A stretch of 64,000 bases of DNA, from the IMG/VR virus record IMGVR_UViG_3300045988_076196, positions 1 to 64,000 of that record, one strand, 5' to 3'. This stretch comes from a virus. Under the pieces are notes generated by a model that saw nothing but the letters and a program-made list of their open reading frames with translations, did not search any database and was not told the DNA's origin. Shown piece by piece: positions 35,692 to 43,251 of this stretch. A program made the position numbers and the translations under genes. Within the stretch, counting starts at the first letter, position 1. Each line of letters begins with the position of its first letter.

Positions 35692-36379
35692 CCCGTCTAG
35701 TATAAAAATATTGCACAAATAAACGCGGCTGATTTTATACAAATTGACGAAACGGATATTATATATATTATAGTATATAATAGCTGGACAACGGCAAAAA
35801 GTCTATAATGCCACTGTGAGGCCGTACAAGCCATGTAGCGCCGTTTTTATGTCAAGACGTGCAATCATACGGCAAATAAAAGTATTCCGTTATACTCTTT
35901 TTATACAGTTTCAATATTCACTGTTTTAATAGTAAATAGCTATGATATACGCTTGAAAAGTTAGAATATACGATATTCTATTGATTATTGTATAGTTATT
36001 CTATGTATATACTGTATAAATATTCTTACTGTATATTGTTAGGAATGATTCCTATTATTATATGTTTTTATCGATAGATTGTATCGGTATAATTAGCTAT
36101 ATAGTGTACTGATTAGAATAGTTACAATATTATTATAAGTAGTTACATAGTAGTAACAGTATTTGAATATCGATAGAATTGTATTGAATGAGAGAATATG
36201 GAAGATTGTAAAGATATGGGAAATGGTAGTAAATGCGGTTTATTGGTATGGTAAATAGTGTTTACCAAAATGCGCATAATATGTAACGCGCGTTATATAA
36301 CAGTCGTTATATATCAATTGATTTTATCGTAGTAGTTACTTCGATTTTTTGAAGCATGGCCCGAAAACGGGCTATAAAT

Positions 36380-36401
36380 GTTACAAAATTGTTACAAAAT
36401 T
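36380..36401. repeat. tandem direct repeat, 2 x 11 bp
   Basis: GTTACAAAATT GTTACAAAATT. Confidence 0.8.
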
Positions 36402-36787
36402 CAAATATCGGTGGAAAAGTGCTATTTTCAGGTGTTTTTGCTACTGACAGCATTTTCCATACCGGGGGCTAGGATATGGATGAAAATGGTAGAAATGGAA
36501 GAAACTGGCATTTAGCACAACAAATCACAGACCTTGTAATGCCTTATACATTTCAACAATATATACACCTCATAATATCTCACATATATAATTAGCAGCA
36601 AACCACATAATTATCAATCCATTTTAACTCAAAGCCAGTATATTAACTTTCTCAAAGTTAAATAACAAAATCAAAGTTATAATAATTTACAATTTGTTAA
36701 CAAATAGCAAATCAGAATGTAGTATAATTAGATAATGAGAATATGGCGATGTTGAAAATTGTCATATTTTATATAGGCAAAAGAGAC

Positions 36788-36827
36788 TTGTACTTTCCGT
36801 GAATGTAATATAATACGTTAGTATTAT
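36788..36827 (+). promoter_or_regulatory. candidate promoter plus palindrome for gene 36914
   Basis: TATAAT 36809..36814 with a weak -35 (TTGTAC, 15-nt spacer); palindrome ATAATAC-GTTA-GTATTAT 36810..36827 overlaps the -10. Confidence 0.45.
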
Positions 36828-36839
36828 CTAAGTGTCACG

Positions 36840-36873
36840 CAAAGTACAACTGAACGACCCTCAAAGTACAACT
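36840..36873 (+). repeat. direct repeat CAAAGTACAACT x2 in the 5' UTR (22-nt period)
   Basis: copies at 36840..36851 and 36862..36873; an inverted 9/10 copy overlaps the -35 region (36787..36797). Confidence 0.7.
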
Positions 36874-36913
36874 CTGTAACCATTTTGCAACTATTTAGAA
36901 AAGGAGAAAAAAC

Positions 36914-37954
36914 ATGCCAAATAAACCAAAATATATGCCGTCCAATGAAGATGGCAAACTAATCAAAGCGCTGATTAGTATAGAAGGACGCGAATTGAAA
37001 TATCCAGAAATATGCAAAGCGCTCGATATCCCAACCAAAAGCGGCAACACCAAAATATCTCAGCTAGACAAAATTCGCAACTACTGTCAATTAGATACAG
37101 TAGATAATGTCTACCCAACTCGCTATATCGTTCAAGAGGTCTATCCTGAAGCAGACGCACTTATCAACGAGCTAGACAAAGATTCATATCAAGCCGCATT
37201 TGAGGCCGCCCTTTATCAAATATTCTTAAAGACAAATTGCGCCACCATATATGCGTCAACTAGCAACTTACTCAGAATGTTCCAAGAGGTCAATGATAAT
37301 TTCAGCTATACATATAGTCAAGCTGTAGAAAATTCAGAGCATTATGGATATATGAGCTTAGTCAACGGAATTGTATATAACATCCTAGCTCAATGGACAA
37401 GGCGCAAATTGCTTATCATGAAGAACCGCTACGTCATTGATCTAAATAGGGGTTATCGGCTCTATAAGCAACGGTTTAATCCAGAAGGAAAAGAAACATG
37501 GCTCGAAGCTTATGATGTGCCAGAAGATAGCGCAGATCATCAGACCTGCCTATCTATCTATTCTAAAGCCATCAACGAGATAATGCCGCCAAATTGGGGC
37601 AAGGTTATAGATAATAGAGTCTATAAGCCATATGTATCAACAGAGACATATAAAGCATTTGAAGCGCGACTTGCCCAATTAACCCAAGAGGCATTTGGCG
37701 GCGAATATGTTAAAGTCAAAGAGGTCTATATCATTAAGCCAGCCACAAAAGAATGGATTGCTAATCGGCTCTTAGATGTCTATGAGCATTATCCCAGCTT
37801 TGAGAAAATCAATAAAGAGGCTTGCACCAAGATTATTCAGACCAGCCAGCTTAGTTGTATTACAGGCAAACAGCGGCGCGAATTTGTTGACATCAATATG
37901 AGCAACAAGCAGAGCGACAGGCTCAAGGATTTGGTTACTAGTGAAAAGCAATAA
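36914..37954 (+). CDS. orphan rightward gene, possible HTH regulator (346 aa)
   Basis: AAAGGAGAAAAAAC-ATG; N-terminal HTH-like YPEICKALDIPTKSGNTKISQL; no family recognised. Confidence 0.7.
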   Translation: MPNKPKYMPSNEDGKLIKALISIEGRELKYPEICKALDIPTKSGNTKISQLDKIRNYCQLDTVDNVYPTRYIVQEVYPEADALINELDKDSYQAAFEAALYQIFLKTNCATIYASTSNLLRMFQEVNDNFSYTYSQAVENSEHYGYMSLVNGIVYNILAQWTRRKLLIMKNRYVIDLNRGYRLYKQRFNPEGKETWLEAYDVPEDSADHQTCLSIYSKAINEIMPPNWGKVIDNRVYKPYVSTETYKAFEARLAQLTQEAFGGEYVKVKEVYIIKPATKEWIANRLLDVYEHYPSFEKINKEACTKIIQTSQLSCITGKQRREFVDINMSNKQSDRLKDLVTSEKQ

Positions 37955-38010
37955 AAAATCTGCCCCAATTTATTCCCTAAATATATAGGGTATTGGGGCA
38001 GATTTCTATT
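37953..38010. terminator. bidirectional terminator between convergent genes
   Basis: 14-bp stem AAATCTGCCCCAAT/ATTGGGGCAGATTT with inner CCCTA/TAGGG; A-run upstream and T-rich downstream. Confidence 0.8.
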
Positions 38011-38330
38011 TATTCTATTGCATTCCAAGTTGAATTTTCATTATTATAAATGGCTGGTGGGTCGCCTGTGGTCACATATGTTAATCCATCATACTCATAT
38101 TTTTGACCAGTACAAAATTCGGTGCTTCTCCAGTTTGTTGCATACTGCTTATATTTACAACTCATCTCAATATCTAAGTATTGAGTCCATGCGCCTTTAT
38201 AAAATTCTGCTAATTGTTTTTCTCTATCCTGCGCTTCTTCTTTGTATTTGCAGATATCACAATTCGAGCAACTATCACATACTGATACAACAACTTTATC
38301 ATTTAGTGACATATAATGTACCATCCTCAT
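38010..38330 (-). CDS. Cys-rich protein (106 aa)
   Basis: operon strand. Confidence 0.6.
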   Translation of the reverse strand: MRMVHYMSLNDKVVVSVCDSCSNCDICKYKEEAQDREKQLAEFYKGAWTQYLDIEMSCKYKQYATNWRSTEFCTGQKYEYDGLTYVTTGDPPAIYNNENSTWNAIE

Positions 38331-38562
38331 TTAATCTTGGCGTGATAGCAGCGCCTCTAGGACGAGCATATGCTTCACCACCCACGACAATATAATTAAC
38401 ACCTGTTTCTTCATCTACTACTGTCAGCACATCATATAAGCCATTGGTGTTCTCAGCCCAAATCTTGACTGGACGATTCTGTTCTGCACCAACCATCGTA
38501 ATGCTGCAAGCACCAAGAACGATACATAAAACCATACAAGCGATAATTGCAATTCGTTTCAT
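38299..38562 (-). CDS. lipoprotein (87 aa)
   Basis: signal peptide plus lipobox VLGAC. Confidence 0.65.
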   Translation of the reverse strand: MKRIAIIACMVLCIVLGACSITMVGAEQNRPVKIWAENTNGLYDVLTVVDEETGVNYIVVGGEAYARPRGAAITPRLNEDGTLYVTK

Positions 38563-38829
38563 CTATTCTTTCTCCTTTCGCTTCTCAATCACTTTCTTTA
38601 CTTTATCCTTACATTCATCAGGCACTCTATATTCATCTGCAAAGCCGCCCATTTCCATTAGATTATCTGGCTCGTCTCTGAACATCCTGAGAAAAGCCAT
38701 ATAATCCTTTCCGGTTGTTAGCTTATATGCTTTCATTTGTTGTTCACGACGCTCCAACCAATCCACTATATCACGCAACGCTTTACGATATGCTTTGATG
38801 TATTGCAGTGGGATTTCATCAGTATTCAT
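38563..38829 (-). CDS. hypothetical protein (88 aa)
   Basis: operon strand. Confidence 0.6.
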   Translation of the reverse strand: MNTDEIPLQYIKAYRKALRDIVDWLERREQQMKAYKLTTGKDYMAFLRMFRDEPDNLMEMGGFADEYRVPDECKDKVKKVIEKRKEKE

Positions 38830-39170
38830 ACTGGTTTCATCAACATCAATGTTCCGCGCAAAATTCCATTATCCTCATATTCATATTTGATACAATTTCT
38901 ATCTTTGATACCTTCCATCAAGTCGTTGAAAATATGTGCTTTAGCCAGTTCTATGCTAACTTGTAGGTCGATATGCCCAATAGAATCAACACAATATTGT
39001 GATCTAATCATTTCAACAGGTCTTGTTATTTTAATAAGAGTTCGCTTATATTCATTACATTTGATACATGGCGCGACATAACCGCCCAGTTTTCTAATCA
39101 TCCAACGTTTGAATTTAGTCCACATTTTTCTATACTCTATAGTTACAAAATCCACTTGGTTTAGGGTCAT
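38826..39170 (-). CDS. hypothetical protein (114 aa)
   Basis: operon strand. Confidence 0.6.
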   Translation of the reverse strand: MTLNQVDFVTIEYRKMWTKFKRWMIRKLGGYVAPCIKCNEYKRTLIKITRPVEMIRSQYCVDSIGHIDLQVSIELAKAHIFNDLMEGIKDRNCIKYEYEDNGILRGTLMLMKPV

Positions 39171-39369
39171 CTAGTCCAAATCTATTAGAACAATACGGTA
39201 CGTTTTCATCGTTCATCCCAAAATATTCACAATCCTTACACCTAACAACTGGAACAGCGTCAACGGTCGAGCAATTTCACAGAAAGTTGAGGATGCTGTG
39301 TCGTTCTTTTGCATCAAGAATGTGTTCGGACACCCACTTGGCTTCTTCGTCAGCATCAATCAGCCGCAT
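39130..39369 (-). CDS. small Cys protein interrupted by an in-frame TGA (30 aa + TGA + 48 aa)
   Basis: MRLIDADEEAKWVSEH...NFL-TGA(39279..39277)-NCSTVDAVPVVRCKDCEYF...FCNYRV, all in one frame. Confidence 0.5.
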
Positions 39370-39563
39370 TTATCAACTCCCCTATTCCATGCTTCGACCG
39401 CTTCAAGATATGCGTTCACGTTCCATGCCGTTTTCAGCGAAACGGATGTCCCGCATTTTCTACATTTTACTTTAAGTAGCATAATTTTCTTGCCGAAATT
39501 ACATGAACCTCCTATTTCGTCTACCTCCCCACCGCAAAACGGGCATGGTTTTAATTTAGCCAT
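39360..39563 (-). CDS. Lar-family restriction-alleviation-like protein
   Basis: KPCPFCGGE ... C.KCG ... AVEAWNRG pattern. Confidence 0.6.
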   Translation of the reverse strand: MAKLKPCPFCGGEVDEIGGSCNFGKKIMLLKVKCRKCGTSVSLKTAWNVNAYLEAVEAWNRGVDKCG

Positions 39564-39579
39564 TCGTCAATCAATCCTT

Positions 39580-40257
39580 TCAGCAATCAAACTCAAATAC
39601 GATGCGCACATCATCTTCTGTGCCGCCATCTGGAATAAGCTGTCTCAGCCCTTCCATCGTTTCATCATAGAACCAAGACGCGCATTCTCTATATGTAATT
39701 GGCGCAAAATAGCAAGCGGTATAATATTCCTTTGATTCGTCTCTTGGGTATTCACCATTGATTAAATCAACCATTTCTGGCTCGGTTAATTTGACAATGT
39801 TGCGTCCCCATATATCACCACTATAAGAATTTGGTTGCTTTCCTTTCATAATATAATCACGGTATGTGGCTTCGTCAACATAACCGTATTTTCTGTGCAA
39901 CTGCTCCCAATCATATTCGTGCAACTCTCTCAGTGTAAGCCAAGAGCCATAACCATATTCATCGCTAAACAACACGTCATTTTTAGACATATCATCAGGA
40001 TAACCCTTTAACTTCGAGATCGGCTTGAACCGTTCACCGGTTCTACATCCAGCAAATCCTTCTCCATTTCTAACTCCTGCCAAAATAGCAAACAAGTTAT
40101 AATTTCTACTATCATCAGGTTTACTCATATATTCTTCTGTTGCCCATTTCTTATCTGAAGCTGGGTTATAATATGGATTCTTAAAGACTTTGAAAGTTGA
40201 TAGCTCCCATGCACCATTACGCCGCACCTCGGCAATCATATTAATATCTGTTCCCAT
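39580..40257 (-). CDS. hypothetical protein (225 aa)
   Basis: operon strand. Confidence 0.65.
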   Translation of the reverse strand: MGTDINMIAEVRRNGAWELSTFKVFKNPYYNPASDKKWATEEYMSKPDDSRNYNLFAILAGVRNGEGFAGCRTGERFKPISKLKGYPDDMSKNDVLFSDEYGYGSWLTLRELHEYDWEQLHRKYGYVDEATYRDYIMKGKQPNSYSGDIWGRNIVKLTEPEMVDLINGEYPRDESKEYYTACYFAPITYRECASWFYDETMEGLRQLIPDGGTEDDVRIVFEFDC

Positions 40258-40674
40258 TTAATCAATCCTTTCTTCAGCAATTCCATCAGCCGTACTATAA
40301 CAAATATGCTTAATTCCCAATTCTTTTATATATTTCATACAAGCAGGACATGGACGCGCCATTGCTTTATTACCATTTGCATATTCACGATATACATATA
40401 GCGTCGATTTGCTAAAATCAATATCCAGATATTTTACTTTGTTCAATGCCCTGATTTCAGCATGAAGCGAATTTACCACGCCACTTTGATTTGGATCAAA
40501 TTCACGCTCTGCATTAAGCCGCTTCTGCAACGGGCTTGTTTTGGTACTATTGCATCCAGTAGCAAGCAATATGCCCTTATAATACAGAGCTGCGCCAAGG
40601 TGGTATCTTGGAAATTCAGATTCTTTGCTTGCTCTACAAGCTGATTCAATGCCGCGCTTAGTTCTCTGGTTCAT
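40258..40674 (-). CDS. dCMP/cytidine deaminase-family zinc enzyme
   Basis: HAEIRAL and PCPACMKYI (H-A-E ... P-C-x-x-C). Confidence 0.8.
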   Translation of the reverse strand: MNQRTKRGIESACRASKESEFPRYHLGAALYYKGILLATGCNSTKTSPLQKRLNAEREFDPNQSGVVNSLHAEIRALNKVKYLDIDFSKSTLYVYREYANGNKAMARPCPACMKYIKELGIKHICYSTADGIAEERID

Positions 40675-41135
40675 TCCTTTTCTTCCAATTCTCTAATCAA
40701 TCTATCAATATACCATCTTGCCTTTTTTACATCTTCAATCCCATTCTTTTCTTCATAGCGCCAAAGATATTTAATGACATTGGCTGTGCATACTGCCTCA
40801 ATCCCCGTCTTACTTACGGTTGCGGCTTTGAGTGCGTCAATACATTCAATACCGCCCTGAGTGTAGTGAGACGGATGGTTGACCATATCAGCATTTAGCT
40901 CTTTGCCACAGTATTTAGCTTCAGCGTTTTCATAAGCTGTCAATTTAAGCTCTTTATACCAGTTATAGCATTTGTTAAGCATATTGTCGCTCATTTCATC
41001 AAAGACACAAGCATATGTATCTGTATATTCATCAGTTTCTTTATCGTATTTCTTTGACAATGGACACTCCGTGCAATTAAATGTTTTATCGTCGCAATAA
41101 TTGTAAAGAACAGTTTCTTTTTCTTTTCTTGTCAT
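40671..41135 (-). CDS. DUF3310-domain protein (T7 gp1.7-like family)
   Basis: NHPSHYTQGGIECIDAL...KYLWRY...KARWYIDRL. Confidence 0.65.
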   Translation of the reverse strand: MTRKEKETVLYNYCDDKTFNCTECPLSKKYDKETDEYTDTYACVFDEMSDNMLNKCYNWYKELKLTAYENAEAKYCGKELNADMVNHPSHYTQGGIECIDALKAATVSKTGIEAVCTANVIKYLWRYEEKNGIEDVKKARWYIDRLIRELEEKE

Positions 41136-41151
41136 ATTTATTTATCCTCCA

Positions 41152-41367
41152 TCAATCATTCAGCATTATATTTTCAATATTCTCATACATTGTCCAATCT
41201 TCATCAAGTTTGGCTTTAACTGGTTTGAATGGGCGATATTCAACGCCGTCTTTTTCTTCATACTGCCAGTCACAATTTAGACAAGCCCATACATCAATAG
41301 GTGGAAGTGTGCAAATACAAGTATGGTAAATATCGCCACCACATTTAGGACAAGTATAGATAATCAT
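41152..41367 (-). CDS. zinc-ribbon protein (71 aa)
   Basis: CPKCGG...CLNC. Confidence 0.6.
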   Translation of the reverse strand: MIIYTCPKCGGDIYHTCICTLPPIDVWACLNCDWQYEEKDGVEYRPFKPVKAKLDEDWTMYENIENIMLND

Positions 41368-41369
41368 AT

Positions 41370-42551
41370 TTATTCATCCTCCTCATTTTCATCACAATCT
41401 GCATTTACGAAATGGACATCTACGTTAAAAATTTCTTTCAATACATCAATAGCCTCTTTTGGCTCGATGCGGAAAAATTCTCTATCGGGGTTGACCCGCT
41501 CTTTGTCAAAATATTTGTGGATATTATTTTCTAGCTCAAAGCAATCATCGCTAAATACGAAGCAATGAGCATGATATGGCTCTGGCAAGCTGCTAGAGCT
41601 GAGTTCGCGAACCCTCAATGCAGGATTCAATCTTCTGGTGCAACCTAGCTTTACCAATCCGGGCAAACTTGGTGATGTGATTACATATAGCCAACCAGCT
41701 TTACTATGTGACTCACGATAAGCAATAGAATCAAGTCGCTTATCAATACTAGCTAATTGAGATTTAATCCTATTACGCTCATCATCTGTTAGTGCTTTAT
41801 CAAAGGCAATATTCATTGCTTTCTTTTCTTCCAACAATTTCGCGCGTTCTCTAGCAATATCAGCAAGCAACTGCTCCTGTTCTCTTAATCTGCGCTTTTC
41901 TTCACGGATTCGCGTCTTTTCTTCTTTTTGCTTAACTTTAATAGCCAAGTTAATATCAAGCATATCAAGCCGCGCTTTTACATACTCAGCATTAAGCGCC
42001 AATCCGACTTTATTTGCTTTAGACTGATAAGAATTAAATTTATTCTTAATCAATTCTTTACTTTTAGCAATATTGCCTGTTGTTACAGATTTTTCTTTAC
42101 TGTCAATATATCCGGACATTGCGTAGCACAAGCCTCTACCGTACACGTCCTGCATTTCTTTGCCACGTCTATTTGAACCATTTAGAGTGTATCCTTGCTC
42201 TATACGATATAGTCCAGTACTTACGGCAGATTCGATTTTGTCTTGTAACTGATAACGCCGATGTTCGAGTTCATCCAATGAATCTTGGTAATATGGAATA
42301 TTATAATCCTGCATTTCTTCAATGGTATGAATTTTGCCATTTAGAGCATCAAGGACAGATTGAGCTGCTTTTGCAGATCGCATGGTGTTTTCATATTGAT
42401 ACGCCGCAATTTGCCGATGTTCGTCATAGTTATCAATCTCTGCTTGTATACTAGAAATATCTGCTTTAAGTTGAGCAATCTGTGCTTCAAGCTCTTTCTT
42501 TTTCTTGTTCATTTTGAAAATCTCGAACACGTCTAGCTGTCTCCTTGTCAA
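41370..42551 (-). CDS. coiled-coil (DUF4041-like) + T5orf172/MUG113 (GIY-YIG-like) domain protein
   Basis: long N-terminal coiled coil; C-terminal GWLYVITSPSLPGLVKLGCT...REFF. Confidence 0.7.
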   Translation of the reverse strand: MTRRQLDVFEIFKMNKKKKELEAQIAQLKADISSIQAEIDNYDEHRQIAAYQYENTMRSAKAAQSVLDALNGKIHTIEEMQDYNIPYYQDSLDELEHRRYQLQDKIESAVSTGLYRIEQGYTLNGSNRRGKEMQDVYGRGLCYAMSGYIDSKEKSVTTGNIAKSKELIKNKFNSYQSKANKVGLALNAEYVKARLDMLDINLAIKVKQKEEKTRIREEKRRLREQEQLLADIARERAKLLEEKKAMNIAFDKALTDDERNRIKSQLASIDKRLDSIAYRESHSKAGWLYVITSPSLPGLVKLGCTRRLNPALRVRELSSSSLPEPYHAHCFVFSDDCFELENNIHKYFDKERVNPDREFFRIEPKEAIDVLKEIFNVDVHFVNADCDENEEDE

Positions 42552-42717
42552 AAATCTTGTCTATATTCTTATCAAAATCTAATGGATTGCTGCTCTTTGC
42601 TAAAATCTGCTTGGTGCTGATATTATATAGCTCGAATTGCCCATTGCCGCAATCATTGATAATCCAGCCAGTATCGTCATATTGGACTACGGCGTTAATT
42701 TTCTTTGTTCTTGGCAT
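42487..42717 (-). CDS. hypothetical protein (76 aa)
   Basis: GAGGTG RBS; first gene after promoter 42738..42766. Confidence 0.6.
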   Translation of the reverse strand: MPRTKKINAVVQYDDTGWIINDCGNGQFELYNISTKQILAKSSNPLDFDKNIDKIFDKETARRVRDFQNEQEKERA

Positions 42718-42737
42718 TTATTTCACCTCATGCTATG

Positions 42738-42766
42738 ATTATATCACATCAATTTGCACTTGTCAA
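42738..42766 (-). promoter_or_regulatory. sigma70-type promoter (leftward)
   Basis: TTGACA 42766..42761, 17 nt, TATAAT 42743..42738. Confidence 0.7.
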
Positions 42767-42797
42767 GCATAATTTTTGAAAAATTGATTTTTCACAT

Positions 42798-42847
42798 CAA
42801 TTTAACTATTATCTACGAATGTATATGAGTAGATAATAGTTAAATTG
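42798..42847. repeat. 19-bp perfect inverted repeat with a 12-nt spacer
   Basis: CAATTTAACTATTATCTAC (42798..42816) / GTAGATAATAGTTAAATTG (42829..42847). Confidence 0.9.
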
Positions 42848-42870
42848 TAATTATATATTATATACTAGAT

Positions 42871-42899
42871 ATTATATCATAGAAAGTATGTAATGTCAA
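42871..42899 (-). promoter_or_regulatory. second leftward sigma70-type promoter
   Basis: TTGACA 42899..42894, 17 nt, TATAAT 42876..42871. Confidence 0.65.
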
Positions 42900-42923
42900 T
42901 AGAAAAATTTTTTATTTTACCAC

Positions 42924-42952
42924 TTGACAAAGTGATGAATATATGGTATAAT
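42924..42952 (+). promoter_or_regulatory. rightward sigma70-type promoter
   Basis: TTGACA 42924..42929, 17 nt, TATAAT 42947..42952. Confidence 0.7.
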
Positions 42953-42962
42953 AATATAGTAA

Positions 42963-42990
42963 ATAAGTAAATACGTTAGTATTTACTTAT
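42963..42990. promoter_or_regulatory. 12-bp-arm palindrome (operator or 5' hairpin candidate)
   Basis: ATAAGTAAATAC-GTTA-GTATTTACTTAT; shares the core ATAC-GTTA-GTAT with 36810..36827. Confidence 0.55.
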
Positions 42991-43049
42991 ACATTGTTTC
43001 TTTCTTTTGCTTCTTTTCTTTCTTAGAGAGTTATATATGAAAATAATAC

Positions 43050-43078
43050 TTGACATATCTATCATAATATGATATAAT
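43050..43078 (+). promoter_or_regulatory. rightward sigma70-type promoter upstream of the RNAP operon
   Basis: TTGACA 43050..43055, 17 nt, TATAAT 43073..43078. Confidence 0.7.
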
Positions 43079-43107
43079 AGCATTAAGCTCAAGGAGGTGG
43101 TAAGAAA

Positions 43108-43251
43108 TTGTGGAGCGAAATGAGCTATAACTGGTATGTATCGGAAGATACAGAACCAGAAGTATGGGATGATGAATATGAGCCAACTGAGCGCGATTGG
43201 TCGCTTTGGATATATGGTAGTTCAGAGAATGATTTAGAGGTGATTTTTTGA
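43108..43251 (+). CDS. 47-aa acidic Trp-rich protein, translationally coupled to the RNAP gene
   Basis: AAGGAGG then TTG 43108 (or ATG 43120); stop overlaps the RNAP TTG start (TTTTGA). Confidence 0.45.
   Translation: MWSEMSYNWYVSEDTEPEVWDDEYEPTERDWSLWIYGSSENDLEVIF

Noticed and set aside
32991-35966. A 14-bp direct repeat TGAAAAGTTAGAAT (32991..33004 and 35953..35966) flanking the GC-rich island, as possible att-like insertion scars
   Set aside because: A 14-mer match is within chance expectation for a 64-kb AT-rich window. The flanks outside the repeat do not align. It is kept only as a weak note.
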